DNA of 61,987 nucleotides from Eubacteriales bacterium (GTDB lineage: Bacteria > Bacillota > Clostridia > Oscillospirales > CAG-272), in contig JAZSIK010000054.1 in assembly GCA_045533775.1 (NCBI GenBank), positions 1-61,987 on the forward strand, given 5' to 3'. A program made the translations under genes and the position numbers. Under the pieces are notes generated by a model, which worked only from the letters and a program-made list of their open reading frames with translations, had not been told where the DNA came from and searched no databases. How positions within the stretch are numbered: the first letter of the stretch is position 1; each line of letters starts with the position of its first letter. Of this stretch, positions 61,736-61,987 are shown in pieces.

Positions 61736-61987
61736 AATGCACCTCGTATTGTTATTTATTCGTGTTACCACTATATTAAGTTTAGCACAATTATTGATAA
61801 ATGTCAATAAATTGTGAACAGAAATAGAATAAAATGTAGAAAAGAATAGAATAAAGAAATAAATAGAATAAAGAAAAAAAGCGGCTTGTACAGGTGGGCG
61901 AAAAAAAACAAAAAAACACAGCTGAAAAGGAACAGATAATATGTACTGAAAAGCGAGAAAAAGCAACAAGAGGGATCGTAGCCATGT

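Overview
No database search, alignment program or GC calculation was run. All domain calls come from reading the ORF translations and recalling family motifs, and composition statements are by eye. The window looks like a Gram-positive, Clostridia-like chromosome, judging from gene content and Shine-Dalgarno usage. The taxon cannot be fixed from this sequence. GC-rich core blocks are interrupted by visibly AT-richer acquired segments.
(1) 274 to about 24,520: an integrative island of about 24 kb. It begins with a large serine recombinase (minus strand) and ends next to tRNA-Glu(CUC) at 24,584-24,658 (minus strand). It has no capsid, tail, relaxase or T4SS genes. It carries a 15-gene plus-strand unit (5,932-19,234) encoding:
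- small Rossmann/SLOG-like proteins and a signal-peptide-less BspA-type LRR protein
- a Cx5R phosphatase fused to an FtsK-gamma-like domain
- a PD-(D/E)xK (sce7726/MmcB-like) nuclease module fused to an SNF2 helicase
- a DnaB C-terminal-type ATPase, an ADP-ribosylglycohydrolase and a DnaA-like AAA+ protein
- two tandem truncated PolC-like proteins that seem to lack the catalytic aspartates
After this unit come two more LRR genes, an orphan Spo0A DNA-binding domain, an ORF-free 620-bp repeat-bearing region, a TATGGGTCA iteron-like array and an SDH/ClpP-fold serine protease.
(2) 24.9-27.7 kb, core: an AraC regulator, a RumA/RlmD-type methyltransferase, an 18-nt periodic octamer array and a four-helix-bundle (Avd/IVS family) gene.
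(3) 27.74-32.05 kb: an AT-rich defence islet with a Cys-rich ORF, a type II R-M pair and a membrane-anchored Mrr-type nuclease. Its cassettes are bracketed by two families of short direct repeats.
(4) 32-51.7 kb, core: a GNAT, an Ig-like/VanZ/2H-phosphoesterase fusion, a start-less in-frame ORF, a GH13 alpha-glucosidase, an APH-like kinase, a GDPD, two nitroreductases, DUF4830, a 123-bp tandem repeat, TopB, a 40-bp tandem repeat and an LRR lipoprotein. It also holds a seven-gene nucleoside cluster (tdk-deoC-deoD-deoB-cdd-udp-udk) and two paralogous membrane proteins.
(5) 52.06-58.38 kb: a tail-less prophage remnant at host-like GC (TerS, TerL, portal, capsid, XhlA-like, holin), followed by a DinG/Rad3-like helicase.
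The most novel-looking candidate is the replication-associated module at 12.9-19.2 kb: DnaB_C, ARH, DnaA-like AAA+, an unknown protein, then two pseudo-PolC proteins.
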